From contig DAOVER010000022.1 in the NCBI GenBank assembly GCA_030668875.1, forward strand, positions 1-32,000: DNA of 32,000 nt, written 5' to 3'. Under the pieces are notes generated by a model. The model did no database searches. It had not been told where the DNA came from and worked only from the letters and a program-made list of their open reading frames with translations. Below, in pieces: positions 1 to 9,284 of this stretch. The DNA is from Candidatus Heimdallarchaeota archaeon. GTDB taxonomy: Archaea > Asgardarchaeota > Heimdallarchaeia > Heimdallarchaeales > Heimdallarchaeaceae. Every line of letters starts with the position of its first letter. Position 1 is the stretch's first letter. A program made the translations under genes and the position numbers.

Positions 1-2
1 AT

Positions 3-1751
3 AATCTCCTTTATTTTGGTAATCCTGACGGGTACCTAGGTGACATAGACGATGATCCCCACGTTACTGTACTTCTAGCAGATTTGGATGATGCTGCAGG
101 TGTTGCTGGATATTTTGACCCCAGAAATGAAAAATCAGGAACACAATCTAATACTCGTGAAATGGTTTATGTTGATTATGATTATAACCGTTATAGTGTA
201 TTAGCTCATGAATTTCAACATTTGATACACTATAATTATGATCCTGACGAATATTGGTGGGTTGATGAAGGGTGTGCAGAATTTTCGGCTTATTTGAATG
301 GTTATGCTTTAGCAACTAATCTAACAGAGTTCGCTCGAGATTACTTCCAACACAATCCTGAAGATTCCTTACTTTACTGGAATTATTATGACCACGAGAA
401 TTCAGAAAACGTAAGGTCTGACTATGGGGGAGCATACATGTTCATCTTTTATTTTGCTGAAAAATATGGAATAGGGGCTATTCGTAATTTGGTTTCTGAA
501 ACATTTGGTGGACCATTGGGTATTGAAAATACTTTAGGTGGCTTAGGTTTTTCGATTACCTTCAATGAACTTTATCTCAATTGGATTACTGCTCTAAATG
601 TGGATGATACTTCATTCGGTGGAGGACTCTATGGTTTCGAGAATCTTGACATTGATATGGATTATGAACTGATATCCCTCTTTCCTGCTACTAAACTTGA
701 CAGATTAAATCGTTTTTATGGAATGTATATTGCTAAACTTGTTTCTCCAAATGATTTTATGTTACTAGAGATTACTCCCCCTGGTTCTTACTCACTTGCT
801 ATCTCTGTTGCAGTTCATGACATAAATGGTTGGTCTGTTACGCAACAAATTCTAGATACTGATATAAGTATACTAATGAATGGAACTTTGGTAGATACTG
901 TCTATGTTATAACTAGTATAGTTACAAGTACAACTCCTTCCATTCCACTTACAGGCACTAATCAGTTTGGTTTAGGTTATAGTGATGATCTAGATTATAC
1001 TTATCTTCCTGGTAAGCCTTTAACCATCACAACTGGAACATTAAACTACCAAAGTAACAGCTGGGATTTCTCCTTATCTGATGTTTATATTGAGGATGAG
1101 AACAATACTGAAGTAACAGATGCAAGTGGCATTTCTGTTTATGCTCATTTCGAAAAGAGTGGTGCATCTTTAACAGCTGAAAATCTTGAAATGAGTTACG
1201 ATCCTTCAATCAAGTGGAATATTATCGAGAACTTACAATATTTCTTTGAAGGTGATTATGATATCTCGATTGTTGCTTCTGGTTCTAGTCAATATGGTGA
1301 ACGGGAGTTATCCTCAATAAACATAGCACATATCTTGACAGTTGAAAAACCCACTTTGTCGCAATATAATGATACTGCACTTTATGTTTTTACAAACTCA
1401 TCATATACACAATTAGGTGGTTGGGAAACATTCACAGAAGATGTCGAAACCTATATTTTACTATATGATGCTACTGATACACCTGCAGGTATTTTTGATA
1501 TAGCTTATAGCCCTTCATCTAATAGTTGGGAAAGTGATTTGCTTCTAATGAATGAATATAATGGAGAACATTATATCAAAGTCAGTTTCAAATATGCAGG
1601 AAGGACTGTTAGATCTCTTGAATCTGAACATTTTCAGTTAGAAGGAGAAATTCCTACTCCTACTACTTCTATTGCCTACCCATTTCTCCCTGTTATTTTT
1701 ATTGTTTCTCTCAGCGCTATTATTTTCTTCAAGAAAAAGCACAAACAATAG
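3..1751 (+). CDS. Surface zinc metallopeptidase (M30/hyicolysin-like, HEXXH) with C-terminal membrane sorting tail; 5' end lies outside the window
   Basis: Frame is open from base 3 (NLLYFGNPDGYLGDIDDDPHVTVLLADLDD). Motifs are AGYFDP, LAHEFQHLIH (HEXXH) and downstream WVDEG (third ligand Glu). The C-terminus has a Pro/Thr linker, a hydrophobic helix and KKKHKQ. Confidence 0.8.
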   Translation, partial: NLLYFGNPDGYLGDIDDDPHVTVLLADLDDAAGVAGYFDPRNEKSGTQSNTREMVYVDYDYNRYSVLAHEFQHLIHYNYDPDEYWWVDEGCAEFSAYLNGYALATNLTEFARDYFQHNPEDSLLYWNYYDHENSENVRSDYGGAYMFIFYFAEKYGIGAIRNLVSETFGGPLGIENTLGGLGFSITFNELYLNWITALNVDDTSFGGGLYGFENLDIDMDYELISLFPATKLDRLNRFYGMYIAKLVSPNDFMLLEITPPGSYSLAISVAVHDINGWSVTQQILDTDISILMNGTLVDTVYVITSIVTSTTPSIPLTGTNQFGLGYSDDLDYTYLPGKPLTITTGTLNYQSNSWDFSLSDVYIEDENNTEVTDASGISVYAHFEKSGASLTAENLEMSYDPSIKWNIIENLQYFFEGDYDISIVASGSSQYGERELSSINIAHILTVEKPTLSQYNDTALYVFTNSSYTQLGGWETFTEDVETYILLYDATDTPAGIFDIAYSPSSNSWESDLLLMNEYNGEHYIKVSFKYAGRTVRSLESEHFQLEGEIPTPTTSIAYPFLPVIFIVSLSAIIFFKKKHKQ

Positions 1752-1753
1752 CC

Positions 1754-1780
1754 TTTTTTTCTCTCTCTTTTTTTCCTCTT
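1754..1780 (+). terminator. Archaeal oligo-T/pyrimidine terminator
   Basis: T7, a CT tract and a second T-run immediately after the TAG at 1749-1751. Confidence 0.55.
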
Positions 1781-1801
1781 CCACTTACATGTTAGGAATC
1801 G

Positions 1802-1809
1802 TTTATATA
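1802..1809 (+). promoter_or_regulatory. TATA box of the GTPase gene (probably leaderless transcript)
   Basis: TTTATATA with exactly 22 nt to the ATG at 1832; no SD motif. Confidence 0.6.
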
Positions 1810-1831
1810 ATAATGAAAAGAATAATCTGAT

Positions 1832-2587
1832 ATGAGTCAATTAGAACTAAGTGACATATTTTCAGTAGATAGGGAAGGAAAACCCACAATGAAAATTGTT
1901 CTTTTTGGACCTCCATCAAGCGGAAAAACCAGTATGTTAACAGTGTTTAATGCTTTGCGCAGAATGGAAAATCCTGATACCATCGTTTCTAATTTATTGA
2001 AAATACAAGATGATTCTGGAAGAACTGTCTTTTTTGATCAAGGTGTCTTTCAAACCCCTCCATTTAAAGGGAAAAAATTTGACAGATTACGATATCAATT
2101 GTGGACAGTTCCGGGTGAAGATCGACATAAAGTACAAAGAGATATTATAATGTCAGGAGTTGATGCAGTTATTCTATTCTTGAATTTCGAGAATATCGCC
2201 AGACAACAGAATTTAGCTATTATTAAAGAAGCTAAGGAAAAAATAGGTGAAAAATTTGGCAAGAAAATTCCTGTAGTAGCATACATAAACAAATCAGATC
2301 TAGATAAAAATGAACGTATAGATAAAAGAGAACTCATCAAGGATTTAATTGATGAAGGAGCAATTCAAAGTGATAAAGCAGCGAATGTTGTTATGACAGG
2401 GAGCTGTTTGAATGCTCGTAATGATTTGCTTTCAATTCTAAATTCGAATGAAAAACTAGCTTATTTTGAGTCTAATCGATTGAGATTAGATAAACGTCCT
2501 GAATCAGTCGGTTTAATAGTAAGACCGATTCAGAAGCTAACACAACTTGTTGTGGAACAAAGATTAGAATACGTTCAGAGTATCTGA
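1832..2587 (+). CDS. MglA-like / Arf-related small GTPase
   Basis: G1 GPPSSGKTS; G2 GRTVFFD (MglA has DRTLFFDF); G3 LWTVPGE (MglA has LYTVPGQ, not DxxG); GVDAVI strand; G4 INKSD; G5-like GSCL. Confidence 0.8.
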   Translation: MSQLELSDIFSVDREGKPTMKIVLFGPPSSGKTSMLTVFNALRRMENPDTIVSNLLKIQDDSGRTVFFDQGVFQTPPFKGKKFDRLRYQLWTVPGEDRHKVQRDIIMSGVDAVILFLNFENIARQQNLAIIKEAKEKIGEKFGKKIPVVAYINKSDLDKNERIDKRELIKDLIDEGAIQSDKAANVVMTGSCLNARNDLLSILNSNEKLAYFESNRLRLDKRPESVGLIVRPIQKLTQLVVEQRLEYVQSI

Positions 2588-2694
2588 ACTCTCTTTTCCC
2601 TCTTAATTCTGGAATTCATTATAATGATTGGAATGAATATAAGACATAGTTAGCAAAACTGGTTAAAATGAATTCTTTCAAAAAGAGAAAGAAT

Positions 2695-3267
2695 TTAAAA
2701 TTGTATGACATTATCTAAACTGATTTTTGCCAGTTCATAAGGAGTATTACGAGGAATTTCTACTAAACGTAGTTCGAAATTATTTTTTCTGAAATATCTA
2801 TGTTCAAAGAAGAAATATTCATCCATGGTCTTTCGTAACATTCGATTTAACGACTCTGTTATATCTCTTGTTCCTACTGGTTTATGGTTGAAATATTTCT
2901 CTTGTACATTTTTAATTAAATCATATTTACTCAGCTTTGTTTGATCATGTAAACGCAGTAATTCTAACATAAGAGCACTGCTAACCTGTCCAGAATAGCT
3001 ATTTAATCGATTTATAATTCTCTTATGGCGAGTAGGATGAAATCCTTCTATACTAAATCGATCGATGCTCATAAATGAACCAGCACTGTAAGCTATAATT
3101 AGCCCCAATACTGCTGAGAACTCTCTGATTCTAATAGCTTCGTTGAGTCGAACCCTTTTACCGTTCTCAGTGACGAATAGTTTAGATGATTGTCGAAGAA
3201 CTCGATCAATCTGAGCCCTAACCCCTAATTCGTCCATTTCTTGCTGAAATACACCCAATGGTATCAC
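2695..3267 (-). CDS. Hypothetical protein (C-terminal half possibly winged-helix-like); start uncertain
   Basis: 190-codon ORF filling the gap between two + strand genes, divergent from the actin-like gene; no recognised motif. Confidence 0.6.
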   Translation of the reverse strand: MIPLGVFQQEMDELGVRAQIDRVLRQSSKLFVTENGKRVRLNEAIRIREFSAVLGLIIAYSAGSFMSIDRFSIEGFHPTRHKRIINRLNSYSGQVSSALMLELLRLHDQTKLSKYDLIKNVQEKYFNHKPVGTRDITESLNRMLRKTMDEYFFFEHRYFRKNNFELRLVEIPRNTPYELAKISLDNVIQF

Positions 3268-3497
3268 CGTGTCGAATGTAATTATTTGTAGGATAGCATA
3301 TGCATTTATATACTTTTTTCTGAAGATGAGCTACTCCTTTATAAATAAAGCCGTTACTCGCCTATTAATTTATGTTATCTACGGAAAAGTATACTGAGAA
3401 GTAGATTTCTTAAATTGCTAGTAAAACAAGTTATCAAAATGCAAAAAATAGCTTTTAGTTTATAAATCATTTTCCTGATTACTGTACTGACAAACAC

Positions 3498-3534
3498 TTT
3501 AAATAACAAAAACTAAAGTGAATTACCGTGGTGA
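3498..3534 (+). promoter_or_regulatory. TATA box and GGTGA Shine-Dalgarno for the actin-like gene
   Basis: TTTAAATA at 3498-3505, GGTGA at 3530-3534, ATG at 3541. Confidence 0.5.
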
Positions 3535-3540
3535 AAAATT

Positions 3541-4587
3541 ATGCCAATTGCTCCAATGACTAATGCTGTAGGTATCGATTTAGGGACTAGTACAATAAAA
3601 TTAACATGCGGAGACCTGAAATACAGAATCCCTTCTGTAATAGGTACTCCTAATCCTGGCTGGACAGGTATGGCTACCGATAAAAGCTGGCTCAATAATC
3701 TAATTATTGACGACGATGGAACTGATGTTTATATTGGTGAATTAGCCAGATTGCAAAGTGAAATAAGAAAACCTTTAGCCTCTGAGGGTAAAATGAAATC
3801 TGTTAAAAACAGTGTTCTTGCTCTCAAAGCCATATTGAGTCTTATTATGAAGTCTAATTATGAACAGTTTGTTATTTCAACTGGTGTTCCAATTGCAACT
3901 GGTGTTGCAGAAAGTAAAGAACTAATTAAAGGTTTAAAGGGCACTCATGAGATTAAGGTAAAAAATGATGCTACAGGCGAATCTAAACAAATGAAGATTC
4001 TTGTCGAAAATTGTTTTGTTATGCCTGAGCCATATGGAACCTATTGGTATACTCTCAAAAATAGTGGGGTAACCACCGCTGTTGATTCAATCATTGTAGA
4101 TATTGGTCACGGAACTACAGATATCCTTTGTATGTATAAAGGAAACATGATGAGAGCAGCTTCTGGTTCTCTTGAAGAAGCTGTTGACAGTCTTACAAGT
4201 GCTTTAGCAAGAGCTATTCAAGATAAGACTGGAAAGATAGTTAGACCCTTTGATCTTATGATGGCAATAGAGAAAAGTAAGAAAAACATTCTAGTTGGTG
4301 GAAAGGTAATTGATATCGGTTCTGCCATGAGTCAAGCAGTTACTTCAATTGCTGATGTTATTGTAGATGAAAGTAACCGATTACTTAACAACCTCCCTCC
4401 TGATGCATGGATTGAAAAAGTGATAGTTTGTGGTGGTGGTGCTTATGTTTTTGGTGATTATCTCAGACAAGCTTTCTTTGATGCAAACATTGTCAAGAAA
4501 CCAGAGGAAGTGTTAACTCCTCCTGATGCTGTGATGTCCAATGCAATTGGTTTTGAAATGATTGCAGCTACAAAATTGAAAAAATAG
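3541..4587 (+). CDS. Actin-fold ATPase, ParM/StbA/Ta0583-like family
   Basis: Phosphate-1 GIDLGTSTIK; IPSVIG; connect motif VMPEPYGT; phosphate-2 IVDIGHGTTD; adenosine motif VCGGGA; C-terminal SNAIGF. Lacks the DNGSG signature of true actins/lokiactins. Confidence 0.85.
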   Translation: MPIAPMTNAVGIDLGTSTIKLTCGDLKYRIPSVIGTPNPGWTGMATDKSWLNNLIIDDDGTDVYIGELARLQSEIRKPLASEGKMKSVKNSVLALKAILSLIMKSNYEQFVISTGVPIATGVAESKELIKGLKGTHEIKVKNDATGESKQMKILVENCFVMPEPYGTYWYTLKNSGVTTAVDSIIVDIGHGTTDILCMYKGNMMRAASGSLEEAVDSLTSALARAIQDKTGKIVRPFDLMMAIEKSKKNILVGGKVIDIGSAMSQAVTSIADVIVDESNRLLNNLPPDAWIEKVIVCGGGAYVFGDYLRQAFFDANIVKKPEEVLTPPDAVMSNAIGFEMIAATKLKK

Positions 4588-4625
4588 AAATGTTTTTTCT
4601 ACTCCATTATCTTTTTTAGTTTCCT

Positions 4626-5411
4626 CTAATCCTCTTCTACAGAGTTTTCTCTTTCTTGTTCTGACCTTTTCTCTATTAATTTCATTGCATATCCAGGTCC
4701 AGCGATCAGGTATATTATCATATAGGTTGCTATTCCATAAGACAGATATTCCATTATGCTATTCGGAAGAACAACAAATCCCATGACCATCAAAGCAGTA
4801 GATATGATCCAGAATAAATCAAATTTTGATGGAACTCCCTTAAATGAGGGAAAAGGTATCATAGATACCATAAAACCTGATACAATCAATGATGATACAA
4901 GTATAACCCATTCCTGAGTGTTTTCAAAAATTACTAAACATGAAAGAACCATTGCTGCAAATGAGCTTGGTAATCCATTGAAGTAAGGTGTGTACAGGGA
5001 ATCTCTTTTGATGAATCTATACAACCTGAACCATGCTGCACCAAGAAAAACTAACCCTCCTGCTACTCCCGCAACTATATTCCACCCTACTATATTCCAT
5101 TCCGCAATTCTATAACCTATGAAGGTTGCGGGAAATATTCCAAAAGCAAAAGCATCCATAATAGTATCAATATCGATAGCTAACTTTTTGCTGCCACTAA
5201 TTTTAGCAAGTTTTCCATCTGCAAAATCTAGAATGGCACATATAGCAATGAGCCTAGCGAACCAATAATTCATGTCTGGTGTGTTAAGAAATGTTAACAC
5301 TATTCCTGTAATTGCAGCTGCACCATTACCTACTGTGAATATATTTGCTAAAATCCATGATGTTTTCTTAATCCATGGTTTTTGCAAAAAAGAAACTTCT
5401 TGCCAGCTCAT
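4626..5411 (-). CDS. pssA: CDP-alcohol phosphatidyltransferase, archaetidyl/phosphatidylserine synthase-like
   Basis: ANIFTVGN; CDP-AP motif DFADGKLAK...AIDIDTIMD; FNGLPS; LMVSMIPF-like C-terminal motif; multiple TM helices; its start abuts the psd stop. Confidence 0.8.
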   Translation of the reverse strand: MSWQEVSFLQKPWIKKTSWILANIFTVGNGAAAITGIVLTFLNTPDMNYWFARLIAICAILDFADGKLAKISGSKKLAIDIDTIMDAFAFGIFPATFIGYRIAEWNIVGWNIVAGVAGGLVFLGAAWFRLYRFIKRDSLYTPYFNGLPSSFAAMVLSCLVIFENTQEWVILVSSLIVSGFMVSMIPFPSFKGVPSKFDLFWIISTALMVMGFVVLPNSIMEYLSYGIATYMIIYLIAGPGYAMKLIEKRSEQERENSVEED

Positions 5412-6080
5412 CTAATCACTTTCTTCATTGAAAGTAGCTAATAAAGTAGATCCTGCTCTAGCGTGTTTAGGGATGGGATTAATCAGTTTGAAATTCTTAA
5501 GGCCAGTTACTTTCAAACTTATAATGGAGCCAAATCGGATAATTCCAATCAACTCACTTTGCTTAACTTCTTCTCCTTCTTTTGGATATGCTACTGTTCT
5601 CCTTCCATAAATTCCAGAAACTTGGATGAACTCTGCAGTTATTCCTAATTCAGTATTTTCGATTACAATGATATTCCTTTGGTTTCGCTTTGCATAATTG
5701 GGGAAATATACAGGCCAATGAGCCCCTTTCTGAAAAGTGATGCTTTTCACAACTCCGTCAATTGGGCTTCTGTTCATATGAACATTGAAAGGAGACATTA
5801 AGATTAGACATGAAAATCCATCTTTCATCTTCTTGACATCCATCAGAGTACCATCAGCTGGAGCTATAATCCCTTTTGGATCAATAATAACATCTCTTTT
5901 AGGGTTCCTAAAAGTCCAAAAGATAAAAAAGCCACAGAAGAGAATCACACCAAGTATACCAAAGTGCCAGTATATTGGTGTCTTTAATAGAGTGCAAATA
6001 AGAATAGCTGCTACTGTACAGATAAACATAATCGAGCTGATTATTGTGACAATTTTAGATGACCCTTTAGCAATTTTCAT
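5412..6080 (-). CDS. psd: Phosphatidylserine (archaetidylserine) decarboxylase proenzyme
   Basis: N-terminal TM helices, FWTFRNPKR, IIAPADG, LMSPFNVHMNRSPIDG, and the self-cleavage motif IRFGS. Confidence 0.88.
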   Translation of the reverse strand: MKIAKGSSKIVTIISSIMFICTVAAILICTLLKTPIYWHFGILGVILFCGFFIFWTFRNPKRDVIIDPKGIIAPADGTLMDVKKMKDGFSCLILMSPFNVHMNRSPIDGVVKSITFQKGAHWPVYFPNYAKRNQRNIIVIENTELGITAEFIQVSGIYGRRTVAYPKEGEEVKQSELIGIIRFGSIISLKVTGLKNFKLINPIPKHARAGSTLLATFNEESD

Positions 6081-6160
6081 TTTAACCCTCGAAATTTGGA
6101 AATTTTATCTGTTAAGAAACTGAACTAAACAACTGTTAAAAATGTTATGTTAAAAGGATG

Positions 6161-6190
6161 AAATAAGAAAAGAAGAGAAAAAAGAAGAAA
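6161..6190 (-). terminator. Pyrimidine/T-rich terminator after S8 protease 1
   Basis: A/G-rich run on the + strand, i.e. T/C tract directly after the minus-strand stop at 6192. Confidence 0.5.
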
Positions 6191-6191
6191 C

Positions 6192-9182
6192 TTATCTTCT
6201 TCTACGTTTGATAAATGCAGCTATGCTAGCAAGGGATACAATACCAAATAAAACAGCAATAGAAGATATTGGTGTTCCTCCAGGATTCTTAGTAGGAATA
6301 ATGTATTTTACATCTAGAGCATTCCCTCCAAGATCTACTGCCACAATCCGTAGAACATTATCACCTTCAATTAAACTAGATGTGAATATCACAAAAGTTC
6401 TTTCGGTATCAGAAACAATTGTGAAATCGATATTTTCGTCATTTAATTTCACGCTAAGTGATATAATTCTACTAATAGATTCACTAACTGTGAAATCCAA
6501 CCTTGCTACTTCTGGTTTTGTATAGTTGACCCATGTTCCAGTAAAAACTTCTGGAGGTGAATTATCATATGTGAATTCACTTTGATAAAAATCATCCTCA
6601 CTGGCTACTTTGAAGTTGTATACGGCTTCTGTAGTATAATCCATTCTATATGAATAATATCCTGTTGATACTTCCACTAGAGATACTGTTTCAGATTCTG
6701 ATCCTGCCACTGTGGTCCTTTTAATTGTCGTAGTTAGACTAGCTCCTGAATCAATTGAATGGATGTTAAGTGAAACACCACTAGCATCTTCAGTGAAGTT
6801 ACCAACAATGCGTTGTTTCGCAGTTAACCAGTTGAATATGTTTCTTGTTAGAATTGTGTTTTGTGTTTCACCAGGTGCGTAACCGTTTATGAACCCAGTT
6901 AAATCCATGATTGCGTTAGTCGTTGAAACAACTACTCTTCCTCCATTATTACTCTCATACACAGCTAATGTACCTTCGCTTTGTGTTCCAAACAATATTT
7001 GAGCACTGCCAGTAACAGACAATGTTGTTCCACGATGGTTTACTTTACTAACACCTTCAGTTAATCTGTGAGCAGTAACAACATTAACTTTTCCAGGAGG
7101 GTCATATGCATCGAAGTAATAATACTCATTAGACAAAGAAATCCCATAAGGTGTCAGGAAATCGTTTATCACTGTAAGATTATTACCTTCAACAATCGTT
7201 CCCCAACCTGTATATGTAACTTCAGTGTTACCTTGAGCATTTAAGTATAAACTTCCACCACCATCGACAAAGTCAAGGATAGCTTGGAATTCATCTTCAT
7301 AATTTGGATGAAGTGCCATATCTGTATAACCTGTAAGATTATCAAAGTAGTTGTATCTTGCGGGATCTGGCATCCAGATCGCATTATAGTCTTGAAGAAG
7401 TTCTGCAGTTATAACATTTGGAACACCAGTTATGTTCCATGAACGGAACTCATTCACTGCAATTCCATTAATAAGCAAATCTTTAGTTGCTTCGGCATAT
7501 TGACCAATAAGATTATCTGATCCTCTATTTGAGAATAAACTTGCCATAAGAATCTTGCCTTTGCCTTCTATGACTTCAATCTTAATATGAGTTGAAGCGG
7601 ATACTCCTCCAGTTGTCTCAAAAATAATATCGCCTTCATATATACCCAAAGTCTCATCATCTGCTACTTCAATTTCTACAAAGTAATTCTTAGACCAGTA
7701 ATCTGTCCATGATGTAGTATTCAGGTTGATTATAGAACTGATATTACCAGTAAGAACTGGCAAAATGTCTACGCTTGGTGTAGAGGATACGGATTGAACA
7801 AACAATTCTCCGTGAAATCCTTGAGGGAGTGTCTGATAATTTGAAATCGGAAATTCAGGGATTGCCCACATCATAACTGGGAACCCAGTACCATTTATAG
7901 GTGCATCTTCGATTAGTTGTAACGCTTGTGTTGCATCTGGTATGCCTGCTCCATATTGCAGATAATTAAACTTTCCAGGATCAGCTGATTTCATCATTGC
8001 TACTTTGATTAAACCTGGATCGTATGGGATAACAAGTGCTTTTAGAGCTTGGATAAGAATAGCACTTATTCCTGCTATGTGGGGCGCAGCCATTGATGTT
8101 CCACTTTTTGAAATATAGTCATTTGTACTTCCAATTCCGCAGCTCATTATACTTTCACCCGGTGCTGCTAAATTTGGAATTGGATAACCATCAATAGAAG
8201 GACCATTAGAACTAAAAGTCGATCTTAGTCCACCTTCTGTTGTAGATGCAACAGAGATAGTATTAGGGTCTGTACCTGGGGATCCTGAAGTATAATATCC
8301 ACCTTCTCCTCTATTCCCATTTGATGTTACAAAAACAATCCCTAGTAACATTAATTCTCTTGAAGCAAGTTCCCAAACGTCCCAACCTTCTTCATCGCCT
8401 CCACCCCAGCTTACATTTATTACATCTACACCTACAGATACACCATAATCATAGGCTGCAAGGAAAGCTTCGGTTGGAGCTGGACTGTCAAAACGAGCTA
8501 CTAAAAGTTCTGCTTCAGGAGCAACTCCAATATAATCAGGATTTCCGCTCCCATCTCCTAGCATAATACCAGCTGTGTGGGTTCCATGACCATCAGAATC
8601 TTCAATTGAAAGATCAGTTCTGGTAAATCCATAGGTGGGGCTTATGAAAGACTTACTTTCTATCATAATTCTTCCTACAAAATCGACATGACCTTGATTA
8701 ATTCCTGTGTCAATGTCATAAGCGACGATAGTATCTCCTTTATAACCCATATCCCAAAGAGGTTGGAGATTAAGTAAATCATTAGAAGAAACTGTTCTTC
8801 TAATTCCTTCTTTACTAGTATACAGAAGCTCTGCACCAGGTTCAGGTTGGATTTTGTAAAACCTTGAGTCAGTAACATCAAAAACTCCATCTACACCAGT
8901 GAAGCTACTAAGTGTAACTTTTTCGGTTAGTTTATCTTCAACTAAAACCATTTTCAAATTTGGAAAAGCTAGTTTGTATGAATTTGTTTCAACAAAACCA
9001 TTGTAAGCATTTTTTGATTCGAAATGCATAACAAATTTTCTCACAGAGTTAACAACTATTTTATCTCTAGGGAGACTTTCAATCGTTGCTGTATTAGTTG
9101 CAGGTTGAATTGTTGAACCTGTTTGAATTAGAAAAATGGTGAGTATGAAAAAACTAACACCTATGGTTAATTTTCTTTTCAT
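6192..9182 (-). CDS. Membrane-anchored S8 (subtilisin) serine protease with GIFT/GATase-like domain and C-terminal sorting tail, paralog 1
   Basis: Catalytic DIDTG, HGTHTAG, oxyanion SNGN and GTSMAAPH; signal-like N-terminus; TM plus KRRRR tail. Start moved from 9221 to ATG 9182 (MKRKLT, matching paralog MKRKAI, and 22 nt from a TATA-like box). Confidence 0.88.
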   Translation of the reverse strand: MKRKLTIGVSFFILTIFLIQTGSTIQPATNTATIESLPRDKIVVNSVRKFVMHFESKNAYNGFVETNSYKLAFPNLKMVLVEDKLTEKVTLSSFTGVDGVFDVTDSRFYKIQPEPGAELLYTSKEGIRRTVSSNDLLNLQPLWDMGYKGDTIVAYDIDTGINQGHVDFVGRIMIESKSFISPTYGFTRTDLSIEDSDGHGTHTAGIMLGDGSGNPDYIGVAPEAELLVARFDSPAPTEAFLAAYDYGVSVGVDVINVSWGGGDEEGWDVWELASRELMLLGIVFVTSNGNRGEGGYYTSGSPGTDPNTISVASTTEGGLRSTFSSNGPSIDGYPIPNLAAPGESIMSCGIGSTNDYISKSGTSMAAPHIAGISAILIQALKALVIPYDPGLIKVAMMKSADPGKFNYLQYGAGIPDATQALQLIEDAPINGTGFPVMMWAIPEFPISNYQTLPQGFHGELFVQSVSSTPSVDILPVLTGNISSIINLNTTSWTDYWSKNYFVEIEVADDETLGIYEGDIIFETTGGVSASTHIKIEVIEGKGKILMASLFSNRGSDNLIGQYAEATKDLLINGIAVNEFRSWNITGVPNVITAELLQDYNAIWMPDPARYNYFDNLTGYTDMALHPNYEDEFQAILDFVDGGGSLYLNAQGNTEVTYTGWGTIVEGNNLTVINDFLTPYGISLSNEYYYFDAYDPPGKVNVVTAHRLTEGVSKVNHRGTTLSVTGSAQILFGTQSEGTLAVYESNNGGRVVVSTTNAIMDLTGFINGYAPGETQNTILTRNIFNWLTAKQRIVGNFTEDASGVSLNIHSIDSGASLTTTIKRTTVAGSESETVSLVEVSTGYYSYRMDYTTEAVYNFKVASEDDFYQSEFTYDNSPPEVFTGTWVNYTKPEVARLDFTVSESISRIISLSVKLNDENIDFTIVSDTERTFVIFTSSLIEGDNVLRIVAVDLGGNALDVKYIIPTKNPGGTPISSIAVLFGIVSLASIAAFIKRRRR

Positions 9183-9204
9183 GCCTTTTGCTATGATTAT
9201 ATTG

Positions 9205-9220
9205 TTCATAAAGTTTTTCA
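9205..9220 (-). promoter_or_regulatory. BRE/TATA-like element for S8 paralog 1
   Basis: Minus strand GAAAAAC-TTTATGAA, 22 nt before ATG 9182; same box and spacing as the paralog. Confidence 0.6.
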
Positions 9221-9256
9221 AAAGCCAATGTAGTAGAATCCTTTACAAATAATTGA

Positions 9257-9284
9257 TAAAAAGAAAAAGAAAGAGATGGAAAAA
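9257..9284 (-). terminator. T-rich terminator after S8 protease 2
   Basis: A-rich tracts on the + strand, i.e. T tracts after the minus-strand stop at 9285. Confidence 0.45.

Noticed and set aside
2612-2675. 13-bp imperfect inverted repeat (GAATTCATTATAA / TTAAAATGAATTC) between convergent genes
   Set aside because: AT-rich single copy, no target-site duplication or transposase; at most part of a bidirectional terminator.
3282-3305. Out-of-frame ATG mini-ORF (MHMLSYK) upstream of the 190-aa gene, suggesting a uORF or frameshift
   Set aside because: Cannot be distinguished from chance without homologs or reads.
3541-4587. True actin/lokiactin, or a plasmid ParMRC partition cassette
   Set aside because: Lacks actin-specific motifs such as DNGSG; no adaptor gene, repeat array or replicon genes adjacent.
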